A program made the position numbers and the translations under genes. The notes beneath the pieces are model-generated. The model saw only the letters and a program-made list of their open reading frames with translations. It did not search any database and was not told the origin of the DNA. Below, piece by piece: positions 22,118 through 35,265 of a stretch of DNA of 64,000 nucleotides; within the stretch, counting starts at the first letter, position 1; each line of letters starts with the position of its first letter. Origin of the DNA: Myxococcota bacterium (GTDB lineage: Bacteria; Myxococcota_A; UBA9160; SZUA-336); the NCBI GenBank assembly GCA_965247115.1, contig CBDFGR010000003.1, positions 992,001 through 1,056,000 of the forward strand, written 5' to 3'.

Positions 22118-23296
22118 TCAGGTCGTGTACTCGGAGTTGATCGCGACGTAGCCGTGGCTCAAGTCTGTTGTGAGGATGCTGGCGTCCCCGGGGCCGCTTC
22201 CGAGCGTGATCTCGATCTCGATCTTCTTGCGACGCATCGCGCGCTCCGCCTGGCGGAGCGCCGTCGTCGACTCCCGAGCCGTCCCCTGTCGCATGAGCTC
22301 CGCGTCGCCAATGCGGATCCCGACCCGCTCCGGAGAGAAGACTGCGCCCGCGGCGCCAATCGCCTGGACGATCCGGCCCCAGTTGGGATCCGCGCCGTGT
22401 AGGGCTGTCTTGACCAGCACGGAGTTCCCGACCGAACGCGCAATCTGCTGGGCCGCGCGATCGCTTCGGGCACCACGCACGTGGATACGTGCGATCTTCG
22501 TCACACCCTCTCCGTCGAGCGCGAGCTTCTCGGTGAGCGTGCTCGACAGCTCTGCAAGGGCCTTGCGAAAGTCATCCGCGCCGGCCGAGCGCCGAACGAG
22601 GGGCCTGTTGCCCGCCGCGCCGTTCGCCATCACGAGCACGGTATCGCTCGTGCTCGTCTCGCCGTCGATGGTGAGGCGATTGAACGTGGGATCGACGGCC
22701 TCGCGCAGAGCATCGCTTAGGAACGCGGACTCGACCGCCAGATCCGTGACCATGTAGACGAGCATGGTCGCCATGTTCGGCATGACCATCCCGGAGCCCT
22801 TCGCGAACCCCAGCAGCGAGAAGCTGCGTCGAGTGACCTGAGCGAGCTTGGGCCTGGTGTCGGTCGTGAGAATGGCGCGGGCTGCGCGCGACCAGCCCGT
22901 CGCGGACAGTGCGCGAGCGGCTTTCCGGATGCCCGGTGCGATGAGCTCCATCGGCAGCTGGTTGCCGATCACTCCCGTCGAGGCGACCTGCACGTCCTTC
23001 GGAGGCAGGCCCAGCTCCTCGGCGGCCTGTCTGCACATCGCCCGCGCGTTGCGCAGCCCGACGGCGCCGGTAGCGACGTTCGAGATGCCACTGTTCACAA
23101 CGACGGCCCGGGCGCGTCCGTCGCGCAGATGGGCGCGGGAGACCCGCACCGGCGCGCCGGGGAAGCGGTTGCGCGTAAAGACCGCCGCCGCATTCGCCGG
23201 GGAGTCGGAGACAAACAGAGCGAGGTCGAGAGCCCCGGAAGGCTTGATGCCGCAGCGGACTCCCGCAGCCCGGAATCCGGCTACGCGATAGGCCAC
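22118..23296 (-). CDS. argJ: Bifunctional ornithine acetyltransferase
   Basis: TTDT, KGSGM.MPNMATML, DGEG, DPNWGRI, EYTT. Confidence 0.96.
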   Translation of the reverse strand: MAYRVAGFRAAGVRCGIKPSGALDLALFVSDSPANAAAVFTRNRFPGAPVRVSRAHLRDGRARAVVVNSGISNVATGAVGLRNARAMCRQAAEELGLPPKDVQVASTGVIGNQLPMELIAPGIRKAARALSATGWSRAARAILTTDTRPKLAQVTRRSFSLLGFAKGSGMVMPNMATMLVYMVTDLAVESAFLSDALREAVDPTFNRLTIDGETSTSDTVLVMANGAAGNRPLVRRSAGADDFRKALAELSSTLTEKLALDGEGVTKIARIHVRGARSDRAAQQIARSVGNSVLVKTALHGADPNWGRIVQAIGAAGAVFSPERVGIRIGDAELMRQGTARESTTALRQAERAMRRKKIEIEITLGSGPGDASILTTDLSHGYVAINSEYTT

Positions 23297-23300
23297 GCGC

Positions 23301-25991
<2,691 letters not shown>

Positions 25992-26055
25992 GGCCGCCTC
26001 CGCCGCGCTGGGAGGGCGGGGAGTATAACGCGAGCCCCCGACAAGGGCCCAACCC

Positions 26056-26979
26056 TCAGTCGAGGATGTAGTTGCGGGGGGTTACGGGCTTCTTGTTCAC
26101 TTCGACCTGGTAGTGAAGGTGAGGCCCGGTGCTGCGGCCGGTCGTGCCCATTCGCGCGATCAGGTCACCGCGCGCGACTTTGGCTCCCGGCTTCACGACC
26201 ACCTCGTCGAGGTGTCCGTAGATCGTCTCGATCCCGTAGTCGTGGCTGAGGATGACGGTATTGCCCAACGCACGCTTGCGGCCGACGAAGGCGACACGCC
26301 CGTTGGACGGCGCCTTGATGTTGGTGCCGCTCCGTCCCGCGATGTCGAGCCCGCGGTGGAATTCTCGATTGCCTGTGAAGGGCGAGGTTCGGTAGCCGAA
26401 GCCCGACGTGGCCCAACCCTTGGTCGGAGCGATCGAGGGTGTCGCGAGCAGGCGTGCCGTCTGGTCTTCGAGATGGGTGATGAGGGCCGCAAGGCTCTCC
26501 GCCTGTGCATCGCTGGCTTCGCCGAGCCGATCGAAGCTCTCCGTCATCTTCTGGTGGCGCCTGCTCGGCGAGAGCCAGGCGAGGTCCTGAGAGTCGAGCA
26601 AGCCGCTGTCCACGCCGCCAATGCCCGAGAGAGGAGTCGGGTCGGACGGGTCCAGGTTCGTGATCACGCGCAACTTTCGCTCCAGGCTGTCGATCGCGGT
26701 CAGGCGGTTCGCGACCGTCTCCATGCGCGCAGCGTAAGCCTGCAGCTGCTCGCGCTGGACGCCCGTCTCAGCTCGAAGGCGCTCCAGCTCGGTCATGCCT
26801 CGACGAGCCTGCACGTAGTCGACGCTTCCCGCGACCAGAACAGCAGACGCCAGGAGGGCGGCATAGACGCACTTGCGAATCCGCGAGCGACGGACCTGGT
26901 AGCGCCGGATCGTACCCGACTCTCCAGGGACGTACATGAAGGTGACAATTTCGCTGGGCCGACTTCTGGAGCTAGACAC
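26056..26979 (-). CDS. M23 family metallopeptidase with coiled coil
   Basis: [17 protein letters not shown]; upstream of secA. Confidence 0.93.
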   Translation of the reverse strand: MSSSRSRPSEIVTFMYVPGESGTIRRYQVRRSRIRKCVYAALLASAVLVAGSVDYVQARRGMTELERLRAETGVQREQLQAYAARMETVANRLTAIDSLERKLRVITNLDPSDPTPLSGIGGVDSGLLDSQDLAWLSPSRRHQKMTESFDRLGEASDAQAESLAALITHLEDQTARLLATPSIAPTKGWATSGFGYRTSPFTGNREFHRGLDIAGRSGTNIKAPSNGRVAFVGRKRALGNTVILSHDYGIETIYGHLDEVVVKPGAKVARGDLIARMGTTGRSTGPHLHYQVEVNKKPVTPRNYILD

Positions 26980-27343
26980 GGGCGTCGCCCTCCTCGCCGG
27001 TGCAATCGATCTCGACCCGCAGGACCAGGCGACCCATTCGTAGCTCGTCGGAGTCGACGAGGTACTTGCGCTCTTCCTTGGAGCCGTTGACGAGCGTACC
27101 GTTCGTGCTCCCCAGGTCCTGGACGAACACGCGGTCGCCGTCGTAGCCGATCAGCGCGTGGGCCCGCGAGATCGTTCCCTCGTTGAGCACGAGGTCCGCG
27201 TTGCTACCCCGTCCCACGACCGTGCTTGTTCGCTCCAGCGGCCAGGCGAGACCCGCGTAGAAGCCACTCTCGACGTGGACGATCGCTTGGACTGACTGTG
27301 GGGCGTCGGAAGCAGCGGGCACGGAAGCTGAAGGGGGCACCAT
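26972..27343 (-). CDS. Stand-alone FHA domain protein
   Basis: GRG, ISRAHA, DLGSTNGT. Confidence 0.93.
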   Translation of the reverse strand: MVPPSASVPAASDAPQSVQAIVHVESGFYAGLAWPLERTSTVVGRGSNADLVLNEGTISRAHALIGYDGDRVFVQDLGSTNGTLVNGSKEERKYLVDSDELRMGRLVLRVEIDCTGEEGDARV

Positions 27344-27457
27344 CTAGGTCCTCTGGACGCTGCAAGTAGTGTGAAACTCGGTCAGGTCAGAGGAGAGGAT
27401 CGGGCCGAAATCGCCGAAACTTGATCGAGCGGACCGCCGCCGTCGACGACCACGACG

Positions 27458-29137
27458 TCAATCAGATGTCAGTAGCTCCCGCGCGTGCGCGCGAGCGACG
27501 TCGGTGACACGCCCGCCTCCGGCCATCCTGGCCAGCTCCTCCACGCGCGCCTCCGCCTCCAGCTGCTCCACGCGGGTACGCGTCCTTCCACTCCGCACGC
27601 GCTTCACCACGCGGTAGTGCGTCTGGCCGACCGCGGCAATCTGCGGCAGGTGCGTGATGCACACGATCTGGTGACGCTCGGCGAGGCTGCGCAGGCGCCG
27701 ACCGACGTTGTGGGCCGTTGCCCCTCCGATGCCGGCGTCGACCTCATCGAACAGCAGCAGGTGCCCCTCATCCGCGCTTCGCAGGACGTTGCGCAGGGCG
27801 AGCAGCAAGCGCGCGAGCTCCCCGCCAGAGGCGGCATCCCTCAGCCGGCGAGGCTCCTCGCCGGGATTCGCGGCCAGCCGAAAGCTCGCCCGTTCGAAGC
27901 CGTGTGGTCCTGCTGGCACATCCCAGCCTTCTCGAGTCTTTGCAGGAAGGGAATCGAAGGTCACGCGCAACGCCGCCCGCCGTAGCCCCAGCGCGGCAAG
28001 CTCCTTGTTGACTCTGCTCTCGAGCTCCGCAGCGACGCGCTGTCTGGCCCGCCCGAGCGCGCGCGCAGCGGACTCGAGCGACGCGCCGATCGAGGCCAGC
28101 TCCCGCTCAAGCTCCGCGCTCCGCTTCTCGCCGCCTCCCAGAATCTCTGCTTCGGCCAGTGCCTCGTCGCGGTAGCGGTGGATCTCCTCGATGCTGTCGC
28201 CGTAGCGGGAGAGGAGCCGGCGCAGCGCTTCGAGGCGGTCCTCCAGCCGCGCCAGGCGATCGGGGTCCGCTTCCAGTGAGGCGTGATAGCGCTCCAGAGC
28301 GCCATTCGCCTCTTCGAGCTCCAAGCTCGCGCGCTCGAGTGCGGCGAGCGGGGCACCGAGCTGCTCGTCGAGCTCGGCCGCGGAGGCCAGCTGGGACTGG
28401 GCACCGGCGATCCGGTCGCGCAGCCCACCGTCGCCATCGAGAACCTCGAGCGCGCTCGCGCTCGCTCGACCCAGGCGGTCCACGTGGACGAGCCGGGCGC
28501 GCTCCCCATCGAGCTCCTCGAGCTCGCCCGGACGAGGGTCGACCTCGTTGATCTGGTCGACCTCGAAGCGCAGCTGGTCCTCGCGACGCGCGCGCTCGGC
28601 TGTATTCGCACGTCGCTCCTCGAGCTCACTGGCCAGCGTCCGCCAGCGCCCATGCAGATCGGCGACTTCCGCCAGCGGTGTGCCCAGGTCGCCGTAGCTA
28701 TCGAGGAGCACTCCTTGCTCGCTCGGGCGCAGCAGCCGCTGGTGCTCACCCTGACCGATGACCTCGAGCGCGTCGCCGAGCAGCTGTTGCAGCAAGCTCA
28801 CCGTCGCCAGTCTTCCGTTCACAAACACCTTCCCGCGCCCATCGCGGGAGATGCGCCGGGAGACCAGAAGCTCGACGTCCCCCTCCTCCGCCAGGCCCAG
28901 ACCCCGGGCGCGCTCGAGCAGCGCGGGCGCTTCGATGATCGCCTCTGCGCTGCCCAGCGAGGCACCCGTCCGGATGGCGTCGGCGGGAATGCGGCGACCT
29001 CCGAGGAGGGCGATCGCGTGCAGCAGCACGGACTTTCCCGCCCCGGTCTCACCGGTCATCACGTTGAGGCCGGTTCCGAGCTCGAGCTCGAGCTCTTCGA
29101 TGGTGGCGAGGTTCTGTACTCGCAGCGTGCGAATCAA
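27458..29137 (-). CDS. recN: DNA repair protein RecN
   Basis: TGETGAGKS, ASGGELAR, FDEVDAG, ITHLPQIAA; TTG start. Confidence 0.97.
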   Translation of the reverse strand: MIRTLRVQNLATIEELELELGTGLNVMTGETGAGKSVLLHAIALLGGRRIPADAIRTGASLGSAEAIIEAPALLERARGLGLAEEGDVELLVSRRISRDGRGKVFVNGRLATVSLLQQLLGDALEVIGQGEHQRLLRPSEQGVLLDSYGDLGTPLAEVADLHGRWRTLASELEERRANTAERARREDQLRFEVDQINEVDPRPGELEELDGERARLVHVDRLGRASASALEVLDGDGGLRDRIAGAQSQLASAAELDEQLGAPLAALERASLELEEANGALERYHASLEADPDRLARLEDRLEALRRLLSRYGDSIEEIHRYRDEALAEAEILGGGEKRSAELERELASIGASLESAARALGRARQRVAAELESRVNKELAALGLRRAALRVTFDSLPAKTREGWDVPAGPHGFERASFRLAANPGEEPRRLRDAASGGELARLLLALRNVLRSADEGHLLLFDEVDAGIGGATAHNVGRRLRSLAERHQIVCITHLPQIAAVGQTHYRVVKRVRSGRTRTRVEQLEAEARVEELARMAGGGRVTDVARAHARELLTSD

Positions 29138-29189
29138 GGCCAGCGACGATAGCGCACACGATGGGACGGCGGGGACTACACTCCCGGGC

Positions 29190-30524
29190 GTGGAGCTGTT
29201 TCCGAGAGACCCCGCTGCCCAGCCGGGCAGCCCGACTCGCAACGCGCCGCTTGCAGAGCGCCTGAGACCGCGACTTCTGGCGGATTTCGAGGGGCAGGAG
29301 CACTTGCTCGGTCCGGGCAAGCCGCTCTGGCCGCTGTTGTCCGGCAAGGGCGAGCTTCCCTCGTCGATCCTCTGGGGGCCGCCGGGCTCAGGAAAGACGA
29401 CGCTGGCACGTCTGCTGGCAGAACGCGCAGAGCTCCGCTTCGCCGCCTTCTCCGCAGTGCTCTCGGGGGTGAAGGACCTCCGCGCGGCGGTGGCCTCTGC
29501 CGAGAGTGAGCAGCGAAGGGGCATCCGGACCGCGCTTTTCATCGATGAGATCCACCGCTTCAACAAGGCCCAGCAAGACGCACTCCTCCCGCACGTCGAG
29601 CACGGCACTGTCGTGCTGCTCGGGGCCACGACGGAGAACCCTTCCTTCGAGGTGATCCCCGCGCTGCGCTCACGTTGTCGGATCTTCACGCTTCGCGCGT
29701 TGGATACGCCGGCGCTGCGAACGATCATCGAGCGCGCGCTCGCCGACTCGGAGCGCGGGCTGGGCGAGCGGCGACTCACGATCCTGCCGGCTGCCCTCGA
29801 CCTGCTGATCCGGCTCGCCCAGGGAGACGCGCGGCGAGCATTGAGCCTGCTGCAGAACGCCGCAGAGCAGGTGGAACGCGAGATCGACCGCACCGCGGTT
29901 GAAGCAGCGGTGGAGACGCGCCTGCCCGATTACGACAAGGGCGGCGAGGCCCACTACGACGTCATCTCCGCGTTCATCAAGAGCATGCGCGGCAGCGATC
30001 CCGACGCGGCGGTGTACTGGCTCGCGCGCATGCTGGCCGGCGGAGAAGATCCGCGCTTCATCGCGCGGCGCATGCTGATCTTCGCCTCTGAGGACGTCGG
30101 CAACGCGGATCCCATGGCGCTGTCGGTAGCGGTGGCCGCCGCCGAGGCCTTCGACCGCGTCGGGTTGCCCGAGGGCCGCCTGATCCTATCCCAGGCGGTC
30201 ACCTACCTGGCTTGCGCGCCAAAGAGCAATGCGAGCTTGACGGCGATCGGCGCGGCCGGGAGAGCAGTCGAGGAGCACGGCGCGCTGTCCGTCCCGCTGG
30301 CGCTGCGCAACGCTCCTACTGAGCTGATGCGTCGCGAGGGCTACGCCAAGGGCTACCGGTACCCGCACGACCACCCCGACCACTTCGTCGAAGGGCAGTA
30401 CCTGCCGGATGCCCTGCGCAACGCGCGCTTCTACGAGCCCAGCGACCAGGGCGCGGAGCGCGAGCTCGCCGAGCGGCAGCGCAAGCGCTGGGGCTCGCCC
30501 AAGCGGAGCGGCGAGGGTTCGTAG
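29190..30524 (+). CDS. rarA: Replication-associated recombination protein A
   Basis: PLAERLRP, GPPGSGKT, DEIHRFNK, SAFIKSMRGSD; GTG start. Confidence 0.97.
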   Translation: MELFPRDPAAQPGSPTRNAPLAERLRPRLLADFEGQEHLLGPGKPLWPLLSGKGELPSSILWGPPGSGKTTLARLLAERAELRFAAFSAVLSGVKDLRAAVASAESEQRRGIRTALFIDEIHRFNKAQQDALLPHVEHGTVVLLGATTENPSFEVIPALRSRCRIFTLRALDTPALRTIIERALADSERGLGERRLTILPAALDLLIRLAQGDARRALSLLQNAAEQVEREIDRTAVEAAVETRLPDYDKGGEAHYDVISAFIKSMRGSDPDAAVYWLARMLAGGEDPRFIARRMLIFASEDVGNADPMALSVAVAAAEAFDRVGLPEGRLILSQAVTYLACAPKSNASLTAIGAAGRAVEEHGALSVPLALRNAPTELMRREGYAKGYRYPHDHPDHFVEGQYLPDALRNARFYEPSDQGAERELAERQRKRWGSPKRSGEGS

Positions 30525-30526
30525 GC

Positions 30527-32272
30527 GTGAATTCCGTGCGTGGTCTGCTCTTACTCATGGCGTCGCTTTCGTGCGTGGCATGTGAAGCGAGTGCGCCCCC
30601 TACCGCCCCGGCGGTCTCGTCCAACGCTTGGCGACTCGGGGGCATGGTGGCTGCAGCCAACCCCTACGCTGTGCAGGCCGCGGTGGAGATTCTCGAAGCG
30701 GGGGGCCACGCGGTCGATGCGGCCATCGCCGCCCATGCGGTGCTCGGCCTGGTCGAGCCGCAGAGCTCCGGCCTGGGCGGTGGCGCGTTCATGCTCGTTT
30801 ACGAACGGGAGCCTCGAAAGCTGGTCGTGTACGACGGACGGGAAACGGCCCCGCACGGTGTGACGAAGGACCTGTTCCTCGACAAAGGCGAGCAGATCGG
30901 TTTTCTCGAGGCCTGGCAAAGCGGCCTGTCGGTCGGCGTACCCGGCGTAGTGGCTCTGTACGCCGACAGCCACCTCGCACACGGCAGGCTGGACATACAG
31001 ACCGTGCTAGAGCCCGCGATCCGTCTTGCCAAAGACGGCTTCGTCGTATCGCCGCGCATGGCTGGCTTCCTGGTCAGACTGCGTGACTACAGCCTGCTCG
31101 ACGACAATCCAGCGACCGCAGCCTACTTCTACCCAGACGGCGAGCCGTTGCAGGCTGGAGACCTGCGGCCCAATCCGGAGTACGCCGAGACGCTTCGGCG
31201 CTTCGCAGCGCGCGGCGTGAGTGCTTTCTACACCGGTAAGGTGGCAGAACAGATCGTCAGCGCCGTTCAGGCAGGGCCGAGACCGGGCACGCTATCGCTC
31301 GACGACCTGGCCGCTTATGAGGTCATCGAACGCGAAGCGCTCTGCGCCGATGTCGCGGACAGGCGCATTTGCAGCGCGCCGCCACCCTCCTCCGGCGTCG
31401 CCCAGGTGATGATCCTGGCCCTGTACGACAGCCTCATCGCGGGGCAGGATGCAACGGATCAAGCGGGACGACTGAGTGCCTTCGTCGACGCCCAACGACT
31501 CTCCTACGCGGACCGCGATCACTACATCGCCGACCCGGACTTCGTCGCCGTGCCCACCCGCGACCTGATCGAGCCCAGATATCTGAGCGCCCGCGCATTA
31601 CAGCGCTTCGCGCCGACCGACACGCCAACCCCCGGCGATCCCGGGGCGGTGCTACGGGGCGAGCCTATCCGCGCGATGTGGGGCGCTGATGTCACTGACA
31701 GCGCGCCCGGCACGTCGCACCTCTCCATCGTCGACACCGATGGCAATGCCGTGTCGATGAGCGCTTCGGTCGAAGCGCCGTTCGGCTCGTCGCGCTGGGC
31801 CGCCGGCTTTGTTCTCAACAATGAGCTCACCGATTTCGCGCGCCAACCCATGGTAGACGGCAAGCTGGCGGCCAACGTAGCCGCGCCGCACAAACGGCCG
31901 CGCTCGTCCATGTCGCCGCTAATGGTGTTCGATGCGGCCGGTACTCTCGAGCTGATGTCGGGCTCGGCCGGTGGCAACTCGATCATCGCCTATATCGCCA
32001 AGACCGTGGTCGGCACGCTCAGATGGGAGATGGACATTCAAGCCGCAGTGGACATGCCGAACATCGTCGCGCGCGGAGAGCGCGTGCGGGTCGAAACCGT
32101 CGGCGACGGAGACCGCTTTGCTGCGCTTTTGAGGGAGATGGGCTACGACGTCCAAGAACGCGAAGGCGAGAACTCCGGCCTGCACGCAATCCTCGTGAGC
32201 GACGGGCGGTTGAACGGCGCGCCCGACCCGCGCCGGGAAGGCCAGGCGATCGCGGTCGACACTCCCGAGTAG
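30527..32272 (+). CDS. ggt: Gamma-glutamyltransferase family protein, exported
   Basis: EPQSSGLGGG, DGRE, TSHLSIVD, NNELTDF, KRPRSSM. Confidence 0.95.
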   Translation: MNSVRGLLLLMASLSCVACEASAPPTAPAVSSNAWRLGGMVAAANPYAVQAAVEILEAGGHAVDAAIAAHAVLGLVEPQSSGLGGGAFMLVYEREPRKLVVYDGRETAPHGVTKDLFLDKGEQIGFLEAWQSGLSVGVPGVVALYADSHLAHGRLDIQTVLEPAIRLAKDGFVVSPRMAGFLVRLRDYSLLDDNPATAAYFYPDGEPLQAGDLRPNPEYAETLRRFAARGVSAFYTGKVAEQIVSAVQAGPRPGTLSLDDLAAYEVIEREALCADVADRRICSAPPPSSGVAQVMILALYDSLIAGQDATDQAGRLSAFVDAQRLSYADRDHYIADPDFVAVPTRDLIEPRYLSARALQRFAPTDTPTPGDPGAVLRGEPIRAMWGADVTDSAPGTSHLSIVDTDGNAVSMSASVEAPFGSSRWAAGFVLNNELTDFARQPMVDGKLAANVAAPHKRPRSSMSPLMVFDAAGTLELMSGSAGGNSIIAYIAKTVVGTLRWEMDIQAAVDMPNIVARGERVRVETVGDGDRFAALLREMGYDVQEREGENSGLHAILVSDGRLNGAPDPRREGQAIAVDTPE

Positions 32273-32403
32273 CAGCGAGGTACCTGTTAATAATGCCAGT
32301 TCCCGCTGCCAGCTCCCTGAGGTAGCGTATCCGGGAGATCGCTCGCACCGACGGTGCTGGTTCACCACGCGCAAACGCAATCGGGCCGACAGGGAGAAAC
32401 GCA

Positions 32404-32850
32404 TTGGGCACGCTGCCGACGCGACAACAGAAGCGTATCCAGGAGCGGCGGGGACACATCGGTCGGCGCCTGCGCGATGCTCGCCACGCCAAGGGCCTGT
32501 CACAGGCAGAGCTGGGACGGATCGTAGGCTGCAGCAAGTCGCATCTCAGCCAGCTAGAGGGCGCCACGGGCACCTACAGCTTCAAGATCTTCCTGGCCGT
32601 GTGCGACGCCCTGGACGTGGATCCGTCCTTCATCTTCGCGGGTGTGGCCGTGCGCAAGCTCAACGAGCCGTATCGGAAGTTCGAGCAATACCTCTCGAAC
32701 CTCGGATCCGAGGGCATGGAGTTCCTCCTCTCGCTAAAGCCGGACGAGATCCGCCTGCTGTACTCGAGGGCGGTCGAAGCCGTCCTGTACCACCGCGAGC
32801 GGGACAGCGGTCGGATCCAACCGCCGAAGCTTCGGGACGCCGGCGCCTAG
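32404..32850 (+). CDS. Xre/Cro-CI-type HTH regulator
   Basis: IGRRLRDARHAKGLSQAELGRIVGCSKSHLSQLEG. Confidence 0.85.
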   Translation: MGTLPTRQQKRIQERRGHIGRRLRDARHAKGLSQAELGRIVGCSKSHLSQLEGATGTYSFKIFLAVCDALDVDPSFIFAGVAVRKLNEPYRKFEQYLSNLGSEGMEFLLSLKPDEIRLLYSRAVEAVLYHRERDSGRIQPPKLRDAGA

Positions 32851-33095
32851 CGCTTCACCATTCCCGAACGAGCCTCAGGCCGGCGAACCGGGAGTCCGAT
32901 AGAGATCGCGAGGGGGGCCCCGGGAGTCCCGCTTTGTAGCCAGCGTCCTGGTCGGCCTACTGCTCTAGGCCGCCGTGGGGCCCTCCTCAGCCGCTACTTC
33001 TCTACCGGAGCAGCGCGATCCGCGCGGAGCTGGAGCGGCTCCGCAAGTGGAGGCGGGGCGAGGAGTAGGGACGCCGGCTTTCCGACGAAAGTCTC

Positions 33096-33935
33096 TTAGG
33101 TTTCGCGGCCGCTTCCCGCTCGGGTCGTCTGCCCTATGACGAACTGTGTCAGGTTGTTGAAATGCCAGGGGCCATCAGTCTGTGGGGACATCTCGTCGAT
33201 GACCGCCTGCCGTGCTGCTTGCTGCTGGTCTGGGGGAAGGTGGGCTGTGGTGACGCCAGCCAGAGCTGTCCACGCGGCGTCAAAGCTAGGGAAGTCGAAA
33301 GAGAGCAGCTCAGTCTCGACACGGGGCTCAATCCCTGCGTCGGCGAGCTGCTCAAGGAACGGTGCAAGATCGGCTAGCGCGCCTGGTCCGATACCCGGTA
33401 CAGGTGGAGGACCGGCAAACCGGCCCGCGGCCTGCTGGAAGCGAACGGCGTCGCACTCCTCGGACCCTGCCCATACAGCAGCAATCAAGCGCCCACCTGG
33501 ACGCAAGACCCGGGCGATCTCTCGGGCCGTGGCTTCTCGGTCAATCATGTACATGAGGGCGAGAGAAGACAGCACCACGTCGAAAGTGCCTGCGTCGGCA
33601 GGAATGTCCTCGCCTCTGCCTTCGTGGAGCGAGATATTGGATAGGCTGCGAGCCGATAGTCGCTGTCGGGCCAAGGCGAGCATCTCTTTACTGATATCGA
33701 CTCCGACAACCTGGCCAGCCGGCCCGACACTCTGCGCAGCCTGCTCGAGTACCGCTCCTGTTCCGGTGCCGAGGTCGAGGACACTCTGCCCTTCTGTCAA
33801 GTGTGCCCGGACTATCAGTGCCTGGATGACTGGAGCGAACCGTTGATCGATCTCGCGAACGTAGACATCCGAGATGCGGTCCCAAACACCAACCTGCCAT
33901 TCAAGGGCTTCTCTGTCTTCTCCCGGATTCACCAC
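33096..33935 (-). CDS. Class I SAM-dependent methyltransferase (UbiE-like)
   Basis: VLDLGTGTG, GVDIS, FDVV, RVLRPGG. Confidence 0.9.
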   Translation of the reverse strand: MVNPGEDREALEWQVGVWDRISDVYVREIDQRFAPVIQALIVRAHLTEGQSVLDLGTGTGAVLEQAAQSVGPAGQVVGVDISKEMLALARQRLSARSLSNISLHEGRGEDIPADAGTFDVVLSSLALMYMIDREATAREIARVLRPGGRLIAAVWAGSEECDAVRFQQAAGRFAGPPPVPGIGPGALADLAPFLEQLADAGIEPRVETELLSFDFPSFDAAWTALAGVTTAHLPPDQQQAARQAVIDEMSPQTDGPWHFNNLTQFVIGQTTRAGSGRET

Positions 33936-34033
33936 ATCGATTCCTCTACCGGCCTCCAAACGGACATGACCACGGCTATTGCCAGCAGCCCCACCACCCC
34001 AGTGTACCTCGGGCACTCCTGTACCCTTCTCGC

Positions 34034-35077
34034 GTGACACCCGGCAATGCAGCACCTCCGATCACCGACTGGATGCTTCGGCCTTTCGAGGCCACCCGTC
34101 TCCCTCCCGTCGCAGTGGGTCTTCTGCTCGGCGTGATCTTCGTCGTTGCCTCCGTGGCGACGCGGCTCTGGCTGGGCGACTTCGAGGACGTCGGCCTTGC
34201 CGCCAACCCGTACTTCTGGCTCGACATTCTGAACGGCGTGATGTTCGCCTACGTTCCGACCGCGGTCGCCTACCTCCGCCGCGGCGTCCTTCGTGACCTC
34301 GAGGAGCTTCGGCCGGTGCTGACCCTCGACGACGCCGGCCATGCAGCCGTGGTAGCACGTGCAACCTGCGTCGATCTGCGCGTACTCACCCTATCCGGAG
34401 TGATCGGAGCCCTGCTCCTCCCGTTGATGCCCCTCTTCGACCCGGCGTTCTGGCCCGGAGGGGAGCCGCCCCGGTGGTCCGCTCCAGTCATGCTCTTTTT
34501 CGTCGCCCGGCACGCGATACTCGGTTGGGTCGTCGGACACGGCCTCGCGACCGAGGCGACGATGGCGGCCGTCGTCGCACGGCTCGGAGCGAGCCACACC
34601 CGCATCGATCTTCTCGACCTCCGCCCGCTCGGAGTCTTCACGCGCCGCGCACAGCGAAGCGCACTCGCGTGGGTCCTCTACATCTGTCTCGTCTCCCTCT
34701 TCTGGCTGGGGCCCTCGGCGGGGAGCATGAACGGTGCAATCGTGATCGGAAGCCTCACCCTGATTGCCCTCGGCTTCTTCTTCTCGGTCTATGGAGTGCA
34801 CGGAAGCATCGTCCGAGCGAAGCGCGCGGCGCTCGACGAGCTGCGCGAGGAGATCCGGCACGAGCGAGGCTCGCTGCTCTCGCCGTCGGAATCCGCAGGC
34901 GTCGGGACCCCCCGGCTGGCGAACCTGATCGCTTATCAGGGGCTGATCGAGCGCGCTCGCGAATGGCCGTTCGGTGCCCCGACCCTCGTGCGTGTCGCCC
35001 TGCTCGCCATGCTCGGCCTCGCCTCCTGGTTAGGCGGGGCCATGGTCGAGAGGCTCCTCGAGGCGGCACTCGCCTGA
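34034..35077 (+). CDS. Hypothetical polytopic membrane protein
   Basis: About 7 hydrophobic segments, C-terminal EWPF motif. Confidence 0.75.
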   Translation: MTPGNAAPPITDWMLRPFEATRLPPVAVGLLLGVIFVVASVATRLWLGDFEDVGLAANPYFWLDILNGVMFAYVPTAVAYLRRGVLRDLEELRPVLTLDDAGHAAVVARATCVDLRVLTLSGVIGALLLPLMPLFDPAFWPGGEPPRWSAPVMLFFVARHAILGWVVGHGLATEATMAAVVARLGASHTRIDLLDLRPLGVFTRRAQRSALAWVLYICLVSLFWLGPSAGSMNGAIVIGSLTLIALGFFFSVYGVHGSIVRAKRAALDELREEIRHERGSLLSPSESAGVGTPRLANLIAYQGLIERAREWPFGAPTLVRVALLAMLGLASWLGGAMVERLLEAALA

Positions 35078-35216
35078 TACGCATCAAGGGGCCCTTGACG
35101 CACCAGGCACCAAGGACGACTGCTTGCCTAGCGAATAGAACGTCGCCCAAAAAGCACCAGCAGATCAGCTCCTTACAGGGTCGAACCGCTAATCCCTTGG
35201 AGTTTCGGGCGTTTGC

Positions 35217-35265
35217 TGGCGGAGCGGACGGGATTCGAACCCGCGACCTCCGGCGTGACAGGCCG
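35217..35265 (-). mobile_element. tRNA-Asp(GTC) 3' half, att core
   Basis: CGGCCTGTCACGCCGGAGGTCGCGGGTTCGAATCCCGTCCGCTCCGCCA; D-arm and acceptor 5' strand are absent. Confidence 0.9.

Noticed and set aside
28758..29893. Apparent 1.1-kb overlap of recN and rarA
   Set aside because: ORF-caller extension; similarity starts at 29137 and 29190.
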